Assembly: GCA_963825455.1 (NCBI GenBank)
Contig: CAWGTG010000001.1
Coordinates: 84,284 to 148,283, forward strand
DNA from: an uncultured Actinomycetota bacterium
GTDB lineage: Bacteria > Actinomycetota > Actinomycetes > Propionibacteriales > Nocardioidaceae
Reading direction: 5' to 3'
DNA length: 64,000 bases
Shown: positions 40,920-51,291 of the stretch, one piece after another
Numbering within the stretch: position 1 is the stretch's first letter
Layout: every line of letters starts with the position of its first letter
Translations under genes and position numbers: made by a program
The notes under the pieces: generated by a model
The model's input: only the letters and a program-made list of their open reading frames with translations
Databases searched by the model: none
What the model was told of the DNA's origin: nothing

Positions 40920-42314
40920 TCAGGCGACCCGGGGTGCCGCCCGGCCCATGTGGAGGTATCGAGCCCGACCGTCGTCGTCCGCGCCGATGAACTCGACGGT
41001 GCCTGCTCGCCGGCCGGCCACGTCGAAGGAGGCAAAGGTGTCGTGGTCGGCGCGACGCAGCTCCCGGACGAGGGATTCGAGACCCTCCCCCGCAAGGGCG
41101 GCCATCGTGGCGGCCTCGTTGCGTTCGGTCCCGGTGAGCCAGAGTCGGCCGAAGCCGTCGGCGGTCACCTCGGTCACCTGGTTGCGGAGCGCGTACGTGC
41201 CGCAGTAGCGGTCCGGGTCGTCTATCGGTGCCGCGTCCGGCGCGGACGGGACATCGGCTGGAGTCACGCCGGCGAGACGGCTCAGCAGCTCCTCGCTCAA
41301 CGTGGCAAACAAGGGCGCCATGTCTCCACCGTTGGCCAGCGCAGCGATCGCGACGCCGTGGTCCGGCAGAAGTCTGAGCATGCAGGCGTTGCCGGGTGCG
41401 TCACCGCCGTGGTCGACGACGTAGGGCGAGTGCCCGATCCGCCATCCCAGCCCCTGCGAGCTGCCCTGTCCCGTCGCCGGACGGAGGTCGACGTGGGGTT
41501 GGCGCATGAGGCGGGCGCTCTGCTCCGACAACAGCCGGACGCCGCCGGGCGTGCGTCCGTCACCGAGGTGCATCGCCGCGAACGCGACGAGCCCCCGAGC
41601 CGTCATGGCGAGCTGGTTGCCGGCCGCCGGATTGGACGGCGGCATGACCGCCCACGTCCGCAGTGGGCGCAGCGGCGCGCCTGGCCCGGCGGACACGTGG
41701 CCGATAGCCGTGCGGAAGGCCGGCGCCTCGCCGGCGTCCACCACGACCTCCTCCAGACCGAGCGGGTCGGCTACGTGGTGACGGAGCGCCTCATTGAAGG
41801 TCATCCCGCGGAGGACCTCGATCACGCGACCGAGGACGCCCATGCCGGCGCTGCAGTAGGAGAAGAAGCGGCCTGGTTCGACGTGCTGCTCTGCCTGCGA
41901 GACGTGTTCGGCCACGAAACGCTCCAGCGCGTCGTCGCTGTCACTCGTCGGCGACCAGAGGTCGCCCTCGAACCCGCCGGAGTGCGTGAGCAGGTGTCGC
42001 AGGGTGATCATCGAGCTCACCTGAGGGTCCGCGGTCCGGAACTCGGGCAGGTGCCGGATGACCCGGTCGTCGAGCTCCACCAGCCCCTCGTCGACCAGCT
42101 GCATGGCCAGCGTCGCGGTCCACACCTTCGTGGTGGACTGGATCATGAACGGCGAGTCCGCCTGGACGTCGACCTGGGTGCGGAGGTTGACGACACCGGC
42201 CACGGCGTCGGTGACCTCGCCGTCGTGGAGCACCGAGACAGACGCTCCCGGCACACCGTGCTCCTCGATCAGGGCGGCAAGACGCTCCTCGAGCGTGGGC
42301 AGTGCTGGAGCCAC
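40920..42314 (-). CDS. serine hydrolase (beta-lactamase class C-like family)
   Basis: STTK (SxxK), LLTHSGG, FSYCS and DHGG motifs. Confidence 0.9.
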   Translation of the reverse strand: MAPALPTLEERLAALIEEHGVPGASVSVLHDGEVTDAVAGVVNLRTQVDVQADSPFMIQSTTKVWTATLAMQLVDEGLVELDDRVIRHLPEFRTADPQVSSMITLRHLLTHSGGFEGDLWSPTSDSDDALERFVAEHVSQAEQHVEPGRFFSYCSAGMGVLGRVIEVLRGMTFNEALRHHVADPLGLEEVVVDAGEAPAFRTAIGHVSAGPGAPLRPLRTWAVMPPSNPAAGNQLAMTARGLVAFAAMHLGDGRTPGGVRLLSEQSARLMRQPHVDLRPATGQGSSQGLGWRIGHSPYVVDHGGDAPGNACMLRLLPDHGVAIAALANGGDMAPLFATLSEELLSRLAGVTPADVPSAPDAAPIDDPDRYCGTYALRNQVTEVTADGFGRLWLTGTERNEAATMAALAGEGLESLVRELRRADHDTFASFDVAGRRAGTVEFIGADDDGRARYLHMGRAAPRVA

Positions 42315-42380
42315 GACGACCTTCCTGGTAACGGTTCGTCGCCTCCCAGTACCCGACGGGGCAGGCTCAAACTGGCCCGT

Positions 42381-42980
42381 TCACTGGGCCGGGGAGGCCG
42401 GCACCAGGTCGACGTAGAAGCTGGTGAGCCCCTTGGCGCCGGCCTTCGACAGCGAGATGTGCACGTGGTCGCGGTGGCGAAGCGTCTTGGAGCACTTCCG
42501 CTTGGAGCGGCACGAGGACGAGAGGTACTTCTCCGGCTGGAACTGGTGGTAGGCCGGGTAGAAGTGGTCGTTCCAGATGACGTACATGATTCCCATCCGG
42601 CGGGCCAGCGCGGCCTCGTTGCCCTCCGCGTCGGTGGCGAAGGCGGCGGCGAGGAAGACCTTGGCCAGCCTGCGGTCAGCCGGTACGGCGGCATTCAGCG
42701 TCCAGTCGACCGCGCGGCCGTCCTTGTGCTCCGAAGAGCCGGAGCCGGAGCAGGGCCGGTTCACCGCACCGCCGGCGCCGCCGTACGTCGTGACCAGCCA
42801 CTCGCCCAGGGCGATGGTGCCGGCGCGGGGCTTCTTGGTGCACGTGGTCTGGGGGTCGTACGACGCGTAGTCCTCGACGGCCATGCCACCGCCATCGACA
42901 CTGGCCACCGCGGCCGGGCCGACCAGGCAGGCAGCGGCCGTGCACAAGGACAGGGCCGCCGCGACGAGGAGCGCGCGCAC
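42381..42980 (-). CDS. secreted protein with LAS/M15-like Zn-peptidase motifs
   Basis: Signal peptide; SEHKDGRAVD (HxxxxxxD) and HRDHVHIS (HxH). Confidence 0.7.
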   Translation of the reverse strand: MRALLVAAALSLCTAAACLVGPAAVASVDGGGMAVEDYASYDPQTTCTKKPRAGTIALGEWLVTTYGGAGGAVNRPCSGSGSSEHKDGRAVDWTLNAAVPADRRLAKVFLAAAFATDAEGNEAALARRMGIMYVIWNDHFYPAYHQFQPEKYLSSSCRSKRKCSKTLRHRDHVHISLSKAGAKGLTSFYVDLVPASPAQ

Positions 42981-43031
42981 GTCGGGGACCGTACGTCCGT
43001 CGCCGGGACCGCGTGGGCGGAATGGGGTGAA

Positions 43032-43628
43032 TTACAACCGTGTGTGTGCTGAGCGGCGCGTGGTGTGGGTCAGGTAGGCCAGCCCGCGCGGCGAGACCTC
43101 GTAGCCGACGGGGAAGGAGACCGTCAGCCCGAGGTTCTTCAGCTTGCGTACGTCGAGCTTGAACGGCGCCGTCTCGCGGCCGACCAGCTCCGCCAGGTCC
43201 GGCGCCCGGCGCTGTGGGTGCCGCCGGATCAGCTCGAGGTAGTGCAGTGTCCAGGGGCCGTGCGCCGCCGCGCGGTCCAGGCGCTCGAGCCGCGTGTCCA
43301 GCTCCACGACGTCCTCGGGGGTGAGCTCCGCCGACGAACGCAGCGCCACCCGCGGGTCCGGTCCGGCGTACGACAGGTCGACGCGGTAGGTCTCACCCTC
43401 GGGCGCCAGCCGGCGCCGGAGCCGCTCGGCGTCCGGCCAGCCCGCCCGCGCGGCCTCCTCGTCGGTGATCGCATCGGCGTCGACTATCCCCACGGCGTCG
43501 ACCCGCACGAGACCCGCCGAGGTGGTGAACACCTGTCCGGGCACCACGTCCTGCTTGCGCCAGCGCCGGAAGGCGAGCGACACCGACCCGTCTGCGACGC
43601 CCTGCGCCACCTTCATCGGCAGCAGCAA
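43032..43628 (-). CDS. ASCH/PUA-like domain protein with C-terminal winged helix
   Basis: GVADGSVSLAFRRW, DPRVALR, FKLDVRKLKNLGLT..GYEVSPRG. Confidence 0.65.
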   Translation of the reverse strand: MLLPMKVAQGVADGSVSLAFRRWRKQDVVPGQVFTTSAGLVRVDAVGIVDADAITDEEAARAGWPDAERLRRRLAPEGETYRVDLSYAGPDPRVALRSSAELTPEDVVELDTRLERLDRAAAHGPWTLHYLELIRRHPQRRAPDLAELVGRETAPFKLDVRKLKNLGLTVSFPVGYEVSPRGLAYLTHTTRRSAHTRL

Positions 43629-43632
43629 GGCC

Positions 43633-43980
43633 TCAGAGCATCCCCTCGACCGCGTCCTTGGACTCCTTGAGGCCCAGTCCGGTGTGCTCGCGGTAGACCT
43701 TGATCGCCTGGATCAGGTTGCCACTCTCCTTCAGCTGACGCACTTCCTGCAGCCAGACCCCGTCCGCCGGCAGCGCGCCGGCGCTGCCGGCCGCGGGGTT
43801 CCCGGCATAAGGGACCGAACCGCCGGCCGCGACCGCACCGGTGGTGAGCGTCGCGACCTGGCCCTGCAGCGAGGCCACCGCGGACTCGAGCCTGGCCAGC
43901 CGGTCGTTGATCGCAGCGAGGTCGACCTGGTCCTGCGCCGACTGGTCGTTCGATGAACCACCGAAAATGCCCACCAGCAC
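43633..43980 (-). CDS. protein with ribosomal L7/L12 C-terminal-like motif
   Basis: IQAIKVYREHTGLGLKESKDAVE; start uncertain. Confidence 0.7.
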   Translation of the reverse strand: MLVGIFGGSSNDQSAQDQVDLAAINDRLARLESAVASLQGQVATLTTGAVAAGGSVPYAGNPAAGSAGALPADGVWLQEVRQLKESGNLIQAIKVYREHTGLGLKESKDAVEGML

Positions 43981-43983
43981 ACG

Positions 43984-44481
43984 TTAGGGCATGAGGAACT
44001 TGGCGTAGCAGCGGTTCAGCGGCTCGTGCTGGTAGTAGCCGAACGACGGGATCGGCGTGTAGCCGGAGGACTCGTAGAGCGCCATCGCCTCGGGCTGCGC
44101 GGTGCCGGTCTCGAGGATCATCGCCTCGGCGCCGGCCTCGGCCGCGGTCCGCTCGAGGTGGGCCAGCATGGTGCGCGCGAGTCCTCGCGCCCGGGCGTCC
44201 GCGGCGACGTACATCCGCTTCACCTCGGCCGTACGCCGGGTGCCGAACGCCTCGACGTCGTCGTGGGCCCGCCAGGCGCCCGACGCGATCGGGCGCCGTT
44301 CCCCGTCGAGGTCGAGGTAGCCGACGTAGAAGCTTCCGAGCGGCGGCTGGAACATCAGCGGGTCGAGCGGGGTGTTGTCCGGGCCGCCGTAGCGGACGAC
44401 GTACTCGGCCTGGACTTCCGCGATCAGCTGCATCGCGTCGGGGTGGCCGTAGTCGACGCGGACGATCTCGATCTCAGCCAA
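43984..44481 (-). CDS. GNAT acetyltransferase
   Basis: AEVKRMYV..ARARGLAR and LETGTAQPEAMALYESSGY motifs; start could be 44493. Confidence 0.9.
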   Translation of the reverse strand: MAEIEIVRVDYGHPDAMQLIAEVQAEYVVRYGGPDNTPLDPLMFQPPLGSFYVGYLDLDGERRPIASGAWRAHDDVEAFGTRRTAEVKRMYVAADARARGLARTMLAHLERTAAEAGAEAMILETGTAQPEAMALYESSGYTPIPSFGYYQHEPLNRCYAKFLMP

Positions 44482-44749
44482 GCGCGTGCCCACAGTTCTC
44501 GCAGACCTCCGCGTCCTCCGGGTTGCGGGCCACGCACTCCGGGCAGAACCGGCCGCCGCCGTCGTCGCGGGAGACGACCAGGCAGATGACCGCGAAGACC
44601 ACGAGCACCGGGCCGACCACCAGACCCCAGCCGTCGACCACCAGTCCCCAGGCGGCCACGCCGAGCCCGGCCAGCCCGACCAGGACGCCGCCCAGCACGA
44701 GCACGCGTTGCAGCCCCTCGGGGTCGCGCGCGGAGCGCCCTGGGCCCAT
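44474..44749 (-). CDS. small 2-TM protein with C-terminal zinc ribbon
   Basis: Two hydrophobic helices, then CPEC..CENC; GAGGAG RBS. Confidence 0.7.
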   Translation of the reverse strand: MGPGRSARDPEGLQRVLVLGGVLVGLAGLGVAAWGLVVDGWGLVVGPVLVVFAVICLVVSRDDGGGRFCPECVARNPEDAEVCENCGHALG

Positions 44750-44775
44750 CTGGACTCCTCGGGGTGTCGATGTGA

Positions 44776-45930
<1,155 letters not shown>

Positions 45931-45932
45931 CC

Positions 45933-46571
45933 GTGCCCGACCTCTCCGAGCAAGAGCAGCCCACCGAGCCCGCCCCGGTCTCGGTGCAGGCGCAGATCCT
46001 GGCCACCGAGCATTGGAGCTTGCTGGCCACTCGGAGCCTGACCTGGAGCGAGAGCTTCAGCCGCGCCAGCTGGTTCGTGACGGTGGTGTCAGCGGGCGTG
46101 GTCGCCCTCGCACTCGTGGCGGACAGCACCGACCTGGGCTTCCGCTTCGCGCTGCTGCTCATCCCCCTGCTGGTCGTCATCGGCGTGGCCACGGTGGTCC
46201 GCCTCGTGCAGCTCAACAGCGAGGACGTCGAGCTGGTCGTCGCGATGAACCGGTTGCGGCGGGGCTACCTCGACCTGGCGCCCGAGCTCGAGCAGTACTT
46301 CTCCACCGGCCACAGCGAGGACGTCGGCGGGATCATGCAGACCTACGGCGCCCGCCGCCGGCTCCCGGCCACTCAGCACCTGTCGAGCATCCCCATGCTG
46401 GTCAGCGTGATCGTCGCTGTCCTCATCGGGGCGCTGGTCGGCCTGATCGTCGACTCGTTCGGCGCGGCCGTCGAGGCGGCCGTCGTCATCGGCATCGGGG
46501 CCGGCCTCGCTGCCATGGCGACCCTGGTCGTCATGGTGGTGCGGCACGTCAAGCGCACGTGGGACCGATGA
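45933..46571 (+). CDS. 4-TM hypothetical membrane protein
   Basis: QILATEHWSLLATRSLTWSESFSR..MNRLRRGY; starts 2 nt after the serC stop. Confidence 0.75.
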   Translation: MPDLSEQEQPTEPAPVSVQAQILATEHWSLLATRSLTWSESFSRASWFVTVVSAGVVALALVADSTDLGFRFALLLIPLLVVIGVATVVRLVQLNSEDVELVVAMNRLRRGYLDLAPELEQYFSTGHSEDVGGIMQTYGARRRLPATQHLSSIPMLVSVIVAVLIGALVGLIVDSFGAAVEAAVVIGIGAGLAAMATLVVMVVRHVKRTWDR

Positions 46572-47075
46572 TCACTGGCTTTCTTCGAGCTGTGCCCTGA
46601 TCTGTTCGTACGTCGCGTGGTCGAAGGCGACCAGCCGCGCCTCCTCGACGCCGGTGTCTGCGCCCCGGAACACCTCCAGCGGGGCAGCGATCGCGTCGTC
46701 CTTGACCCAGCCGTAGACACCGGCACTGACCAGCGGGAACGCCACGGTCCGGGCGCCGAGCTCGTCGGCGACCTCCAACGCCCGGCTGTAGCACGACAGG
46801 AGCAGCGACCGGTCGGTCTGGCCGGCGTGCCGGTTGGGGCCGACGACATGGATGACCCACCGCGCGGGCAGGCGGCCCGCGGTGGTCCAGCCGGCGTCGC
46901 CGGTGGCGAGACCATCGGGGAAGCGCGCGATGCAGTCCTCCAGGACCTCACTGCCACCCGCGCGATGGATGGCGCCGTCCACGCCACCACCCCCGCGCAT
47001 GCCGTTGTTCGCGGCGTTCACGACGGCGTCGACGTCCTGCCGGGTGATGTCGCCCTCGACGACGGTGATCTCCAT
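46572..47075 (-). CDS. macro-domain O-acetyl-ADP-ribose deacetylase (YmdB-like)
   Basis: GDIT, VNAAN, GGGGVDGAIH, VIHVVGP and SAGVYG motifs. Confidence 0.93.
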   Translation of the reverse strand: MEITVVEGDITRQDVDAVVNAANNGMRGGGGVDGAIHRAGGSEVLEDCIARFPDGLATGDAGWTTAGRLPARWVIHVVGPNRHAGQTDRSLLLSCYSRALEVADELGARTVAFPLVSAGVYGWVKDDAIAAPLEVFRGADTGVEEARLVAFDHATYEQIRAQLEESQ

Positions 47076-47079
47076 CGCC

Positions 47080-47742
47080 CTACTTCAGCACCTGCGCCGT
47101 GAGGGTGCCGTAGCAGCCGTTGGTGGCGGTGTCGTCCGACGCGTTGCCGACGACGCGCACCACCTTGCTGCCGTCTGCGGTGTGGAAGAGCGCATCCACC
47201 CACTCCCGGTCGTCGACGAGGGTGAGCACGCTGCTGGCACCGGCAATGGGGGTGACGAGGTTCGTCGTCATGTCCGTGCCCTGGTTGGGCGAGGCAGCGA
47301 TCAGGATCTCTCCGGTCTTGCCGGCGCCGAGCAGGTGGTTCCAGCGGAACCGCACTGTCTCGTCCTCCAGGTTTGCAAATGTGCCGGGCTCGATGCAGAA
47401 GAAGTTGAAGCTCCCGTAGCCGGGCACGGTGACGTCCAGGTCGTCGGTCTCGGTGAAGTTGCCCTGCGCGATGAACGGAGCCCTCTGGTAGGCCGCCGGG
47501 CCCAGCCCGCCCAGGGCGGCCGCATCGGGCACGGTGGTCAACGCGCCTTCATTCACGTCGGCGCCAGTCAGCGTCCCGTCCTTGATGTCCCTGCTGGCGA
47601 CCTTGTTGTCCTTGATCTGCTTGCTGCCGACGGTGTTCTTGCCCAGCCCGGCGGCGTACGCCGTCCCGGAGAGCGCCACGGCCAGCGCGAGCATGGCTAC
47701 CACGTTGGCGAAGCTTGTCCGCAGGCGGACGAGTCCGAGCAT
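47080..47742 (-). CDS. secreted hypothetical protein
   Basis: ANVVAMLALAVALSGTAYAA signal, then 10-residue repeats (KNTVGSKQIK DNKVASRDIK DGTLTGADVN); GGGAGG RBS. Confidence 0.72.
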   Translation of the reverse strand: MLGLVRLRTSFANVVAMLALAVALSGTAYAAGLGKNTVGSKQIKDNKVASRDIKDGTLTGADVNEGALTTVPDAAALGGLGPAAYQRAPFIAQGNFTETDDLDVTVPGYGSFNFFCIEPGTFANLEDETVRFRWNHLLGAGKTGEILIAASPNQGTDMTTNLVTPIAGASSVLTLVDDREWVDALFHTADGSKVVRVVGNASDDTATNGCYGTLTAQVLK

Positions 47743-47810
47743 GATGACCTCCCGGTCGGGTGCAGGTGGCGTGCAGGTCCGCCTCATTCAACGACCGTCG
47801 ACCAGTGCTG

Positions 47811-48818
47811 TCACGCCTCTCGGAGCAGCCGAAGCGTCGCCCGCTCCAGGGCGGCCTGCCGCTCGTCGGTGGTCTCGTAGCGGCGCCCGGTCGCCCGCTC
47901 GATGGTGCGGCCCTCCTCGTACGCATCGACCACCCGCGGGTCGACGTACGACGAGCGCGCCAGCGCGGGCGTGTTGCCGAGGAACGCCGCCACCTCCTTC
48001 ATCGCGCCGGCGACCGCTCGCTTGCGAGAGGCCTTGGTGAGCCCCGGCTCCGGTGTCTCGGCGAGAGCGGCAGCCGCCAGCACGGTCGCGTGCCAGGTCC
48101 GGAAGTCCTTCGCTGTCGCCTCGAGGCCGGTGGTGGCCCGCACGTACTCGTTGACCAGGTCGGGCAGGATCGAACGCCACGAGCGGCCGTTCTTGTAGGC
48201 GAGCAGGCTGGGGTCGTCCGGCGTCCGCCTCCGGCGCATCACCTCGATCGCCGCGATCACCACCCCGTCGTCGATCTCGATGACGTGCTCGACCCCGGAC
48301 TTCCCGACGAAGGTGAAGATCAGCGCGTCCTGCTGGCGCCGGACGTGGCGGCGCTCGAGGGTGGTCAGGCCGAAGGAGCCGTTGTCGGCGGCATAGACGT
48401 CGTTGCCGATGCGGAAGTACCCGAGGTCGAGCAGCCGGACGGCGGCCGCGCAGGCACGCTCCAGCGGCATCCCCTCCTGCCCGAGGTCGAGGAGCACCTG
48501 ATCCCGCGCCTTGGCCAGCGCCCTGCCGAACTGCAGCATCCGGTCGAACTTCTCCGCGTCGCGCCGAGCGCGCCACTGCGGGTGGTAGAGGTACTGGCGC
48601 CGTCCGGCGTCGTCGGTGCCGACGGCCTGCAGGTGACCGTTCTCGTACGGCGTGATCCAGACGTCGGTCCACGCCGGCGGGATCACCAGGTCGCGGGCCC
48701 GCTGCGCCTTGGCTGCCGAGAGCTTGCGACCGTGCTCATCGAGGTAGACGAACCCCTTGCCCGCGCGGCGTCTGGTCCAGCCGGGCTGGTCCGGCGAGGT
48801 CGTGCGCAGGCGCGGCAT
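47811..48818 (-). CDS. DNA topoisomerase IB (bacterial, poxvirus-like)
   Basis: IPPAWTDVWI, GRRQYLYH, FRIGN, FVGKSG, AKDFRTW and LGNTPALARSSYVDP motifs. Confidence 0.95.
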   Translation of the reverse strand: MPRLRTTSPDQPGWTRRRAGKGFVYLDEHGRKLSAAKAQRARDLVIPPAWTDVWITPYENGHLQAVGTDDAGRRQYLYHPQWRARRDAEKFDRMLQFGRALAKARDQVLLDLGQEGMPLERACAAAVRLLDLGYFRIGNDVYAADNGSFGLTTLERRHVRRQQDALIFTFVGKSGVEHVIEIDDGVVIAAIEVMRRRRTPDDPSLLAYKNGRSWRSILPDLVNEYVRATTGLEATAKDFRTWHATVLAAAALAETPEPGLTKASRKRAVAGAMKEVAAFLGNTPALARSSYVDPRVVDAYEEGRTIERATGRRYETTDERQAALERATLRLLREA

Positions 48819-48846
48819 GGCGGCACGGTAACCAGTAGTGCGTGGC

Positions 48847-49791
48847 TCAGCGGCGGCGCAGCGACCGGGTCAGCACGACGAGGCAGCCGAGACCGATCAG
48901 CCCTCCGAGGAACCACGGCCACGCAGGCCGCTGGGTCTGGGTCGTCTCGGGCAGCTCGGAGTCCTCGTGCGACTCGGTGTGGGTGGACGGGGAGGCGCTC
49001 GGAGCGGGCGAGGCGGAGCTCGTCGGCAGGGACACCCTCAGCACCTTGGAGTGCAGCCCCTCCGAGCTGAGCAGCAGGCTGCCGTCGGCGTCCACCGCCA
49101 GTCCCTCGCCCTGCGGCTGGTCGGGCAGCTGGAACTGGTCGACCTTCTCCAGCGACGGGAACGAATAGACCGCCGCCACGGCGTAGTTGCGGACCACGAT
49201 GTGCTTGCCGTCGGGGAGGAACGCGCCGTCGGTGGCCAGGGGCAGCACGTCGCCGAGCGCACGCATCTGACCGTCGCCGGACTCGGGCGCTTCGAACAGC
49301 TCGCCGCCGAGAGCGCCCTTGGTGGCGACGTAGAGCCGGCCGGTGGTGGGGTCATGCATCAGCGTCTCGGCGTCGTGAGCGCCATCGGGATAGGTGAGGT
49401 CGCGCACCTCGGGCTCGACGTCGCTGCCGGAGCCACCAAGGGCGACGTGGGCGACCTGCACGGAGTCGCGCGACTCGGTGTTGTCGCCGATGTCGCCGAC
49501 CCAGACGGAGTCGTGCCCATCCGGGGCCAGGGCCTCGACGTCGACCGGGTCGTCGGCCCAGTCGGTGTCACCGACGGTCTTCCCGGTGACCGGGTCGACC
49601 GAGAAGACCCGGCCGGTGTCGCCAGAGTCGTTGGTGGTGACCACGAGGCCGTCGACGACCGCGAGCCCGCTGGACTCGATGATCTCGTTGTCCCGGAACG
49701 AGAAGACCACCTGCGACCGGTCCGTCGGCGCCACGGCCGCGCCGAGCAGGAACGGTACGACGAGCAGCCCGGCCAGGACCCGCTCAATCAT
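48847..49791 (-). CDS. secreted/membrane-anchored beta-propeller-like protein
   Basis: Signal peptide; ESSGL, NDSGD, DVEAL, GDIGDN, HDAETL and QGEGL motifs; C-terminal TM. Confidence 0.75.
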   Translation of the reverse strand: MIERVLAGLLVVPFLLGAAVAPTDRSQVVFSFRDNEIIESSGLAVVDGLVVTTNDSGDTGRVFSVDPVTGKTVGDTDWADDPVDVEALAPDGHDSVWVGDIGDNTESRDSVQVAHVALGGSGSDVEPEVRDLTYPDGAHDAETLMHDPTTGRLYVATKGALGGELFEAPESGDGQMRALGDVLPLATDGAFLPDGKHIVVRNYAVAAVYSFPSLEKVDQFQLPDQPQGEGLAVDADGSLLLSSEGLHSKVLRVSLPTSSASPAPSASPSTHTESHEDSELPETTQTQRPAWPWFLGGLIGLGCLVVLTRSLRRR

Positions 49792-50989
49792 CGAGCAGCT
49801 CGGCCAGCTTCGGATGGATGCCCCAGGCCGCGACCAGGTCGTCGTACTCGCGCCGGAGCGAGCCGCCCTTGACCGGTGCGCCGGTGCGGGTGGCACGGAG
49901 GAGGGTGTTGCGCGGGGTGTGCTTGCTCTCGACGAACTGGACGACGTCGACGCGGTAGCCCTGCAGTCGCATCAGCGTGGCCCGCAGCGCGTCGGTCAGG
50001 GTGTCGGCCAGCCGCTCGCGGAGGATGCCGTGCCTGGTGAGCATGGCGTACGGCGACGGGGTCGGGGCCCTGCGGAGCTGCGCGGCGACATCGTGATGGC
50101 AGCAGGGAGCCGCCAGCACCAGCGACGCCTGCCACTCGACCGCGCGGGCCAGCGCCTCGTCGGTCGCGGTGTCGCAGGCATGGAGGGCCAGCACCACCTC
50201 GGGCGCCGGGTCGAGCGTCACGCCGCCGATGCTGCCGACCACGAACTCGGCGTCCAGTCCGAGCTCGCCGGCGACCTTCTCGTTGTGCTCGCGGGACTGC
50301 TCCTTGACGTCCACGCCGACCAGGTGGACGGGCAGGCCCCGGACGCCGGCGAGGTAGCGTTCGGCGGCGAAGGTCAGGTAGGCGTTGCCGCAGCCGAGGT
50401 CGGCGACCCGGAGAGGTGACTCGGGCGTCGGCGTGCGCAGCTGCCCCTTGTCGATGGCTTCGGTGACCGCGGTGTCGAGGAGCCGGAGGAACTCCTCGAC
50501 CTGACGGTACTTGTCGCGCCGGCTCGGCTTGAGCCGGCCGTCGGCGTCGGCGAGCCCGAGCGTCCGGAACAGCCGGTCGTCCTCCGGCAGCAGCCGCGCC
50601 TTGTCACGATCGTGCTCGCGGTCCAGCTCCACCGGTGTCGAGCGCGGGCTGGTGTGCACCAGTGCCTCACCCTTGCGGGTCACCCGCAGCTGGACGGTCT
50701 CGGTCGTCGTCTCCAGGTGCCAGTTGCCGAACGGTTCATCGAGCAGGTCGTCGATCGCGTCCCGTGCGCTGTCGCCCGACGCGTGGTTCGAGGTGTGCGC
50801 CTGTGTGTCGTCGTACGCCGTGAGCTGGAGGTGCCGACCGGCCTTGAGGTCGACGTACCGCAGCTCGACCCGACGCCACCTCGGCTCCCCCGCCTTCTGC
50901 CGCCCCGAGGCGACGGCCCGGACCAGCGACTCGGGGTCGAGGAGCCGGCCCCGGACCTGCACGAGGGCGCGCAGCAGGTTCTCGGCCAT
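49784..50989 (-). CDS. SAM-dependent methyltransferase
   Basis: VADLGCGNAYLTF, ALHACDTATD, APCCHH and HTPRN motifs. Confidence 0.9.
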   Translation of the reverse strand: MAENLLRALVQVRGRLLDPESLVRAVASGRQKAGEPRWRRVELRYVDLKAGRHLQLTAYDDTQAHTSNHASGDSARDAIDDLLDEPFGNWHLETTTETVQLRVTRKGEALVHTSPRSTPVELDREHDRDKARLLPEDDRLFRTLGLADADGRLKPSRRDKYRQVEEFLRLLDTAVTEAIDKGQLRTPTPESPLRVADLGCGNAYLTFAAERYLAGVRGLPVHLVGVDVKEQSREHNEKVAGELGLDAEFVVGSIGGVTLDPAPEVVLALHACDTATDEALARAVEWQASLVLAAPCCHHDVAAQLRRAPTPSPYAMLTRHGILRERLADTLTDALRATLMRLQGYRVDVVQFVESKHTPRNTLLRATRTGAPVKGGSLRREYDDLVAAWGIHPKLAELLDD

Positions 50990-51018
50990 CAGGGTGACTC
51001 CTCCGATCCTCGGTGGAT

Positions 51019-51125
51019 GCCAGTGTCGTCCAGGGCGTGCGATGGCAAGGCGCCGGGGCGCTGGCAGACTGGGCGTCTTTCGAGCGCCGGCGACGCCGCC
51101 AGCGTGCGTGCTGGGCGGCACTGGC
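51019..51125. repeat. long imperfect palindrome (REP/BIME-like)
   Basis: GCCAGTGTCGTCCAG...CTGGGCGGCACTGGC arms with an inner TGGC..CGCCGG / CCGGCG..GCCA stem. Confidence 0.6.
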
Positions 51126-51152
51126 GCCGCCGCAGGGTCGGAGGTGTCACCC

Positions 51153-51236
51153 TTACTTGACCGCGGCGATGACGACGATCAGGAGCAGCCCGACCAGCGC
51201 CAGCGGGATGACCAGGCGGCGATGTCGGGGATTCAC
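51153..51236 (-). CDS. 27-aa single-TM small protein
   Basis: MNPRHRRLVIPLALVGLLLIVVIAAVK; TAGACT -10 box 6 nt before GTG; high GC3. Confidence 0.65.
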   Translation of the reverse strand: MNPRHRRLVIPLALVGLLLIVVIAAVK

Positions 51237-51291
51237 CCGACGAGTCTAGGAGGCCCGGTCGGCCTCCCCGTGCCGTCGTGCGACGCGGTGG

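Noticed and set aside
40299-43052. 917-aa plus-strand ORF and many other long Arg/Pro/Gly-rich ORFs (e.g. 1061-2758, 3205-4944, 34876-36840)
   Set aside because: Antisense or off-frame shadows of recognisable genes; long shadow ORFs are expected in high-GC DNA.
43633-43980. rplL (ribosomal protein L7/L12)
   Set aside because: Only the C-terminal motif is similar; no L7/L12 N-terminal domain and no rplJ context.
47811-48818. Tyrosine recombinase / integrase
   Set aside because: Motifs match topoisomerase IB rather than an integrase.
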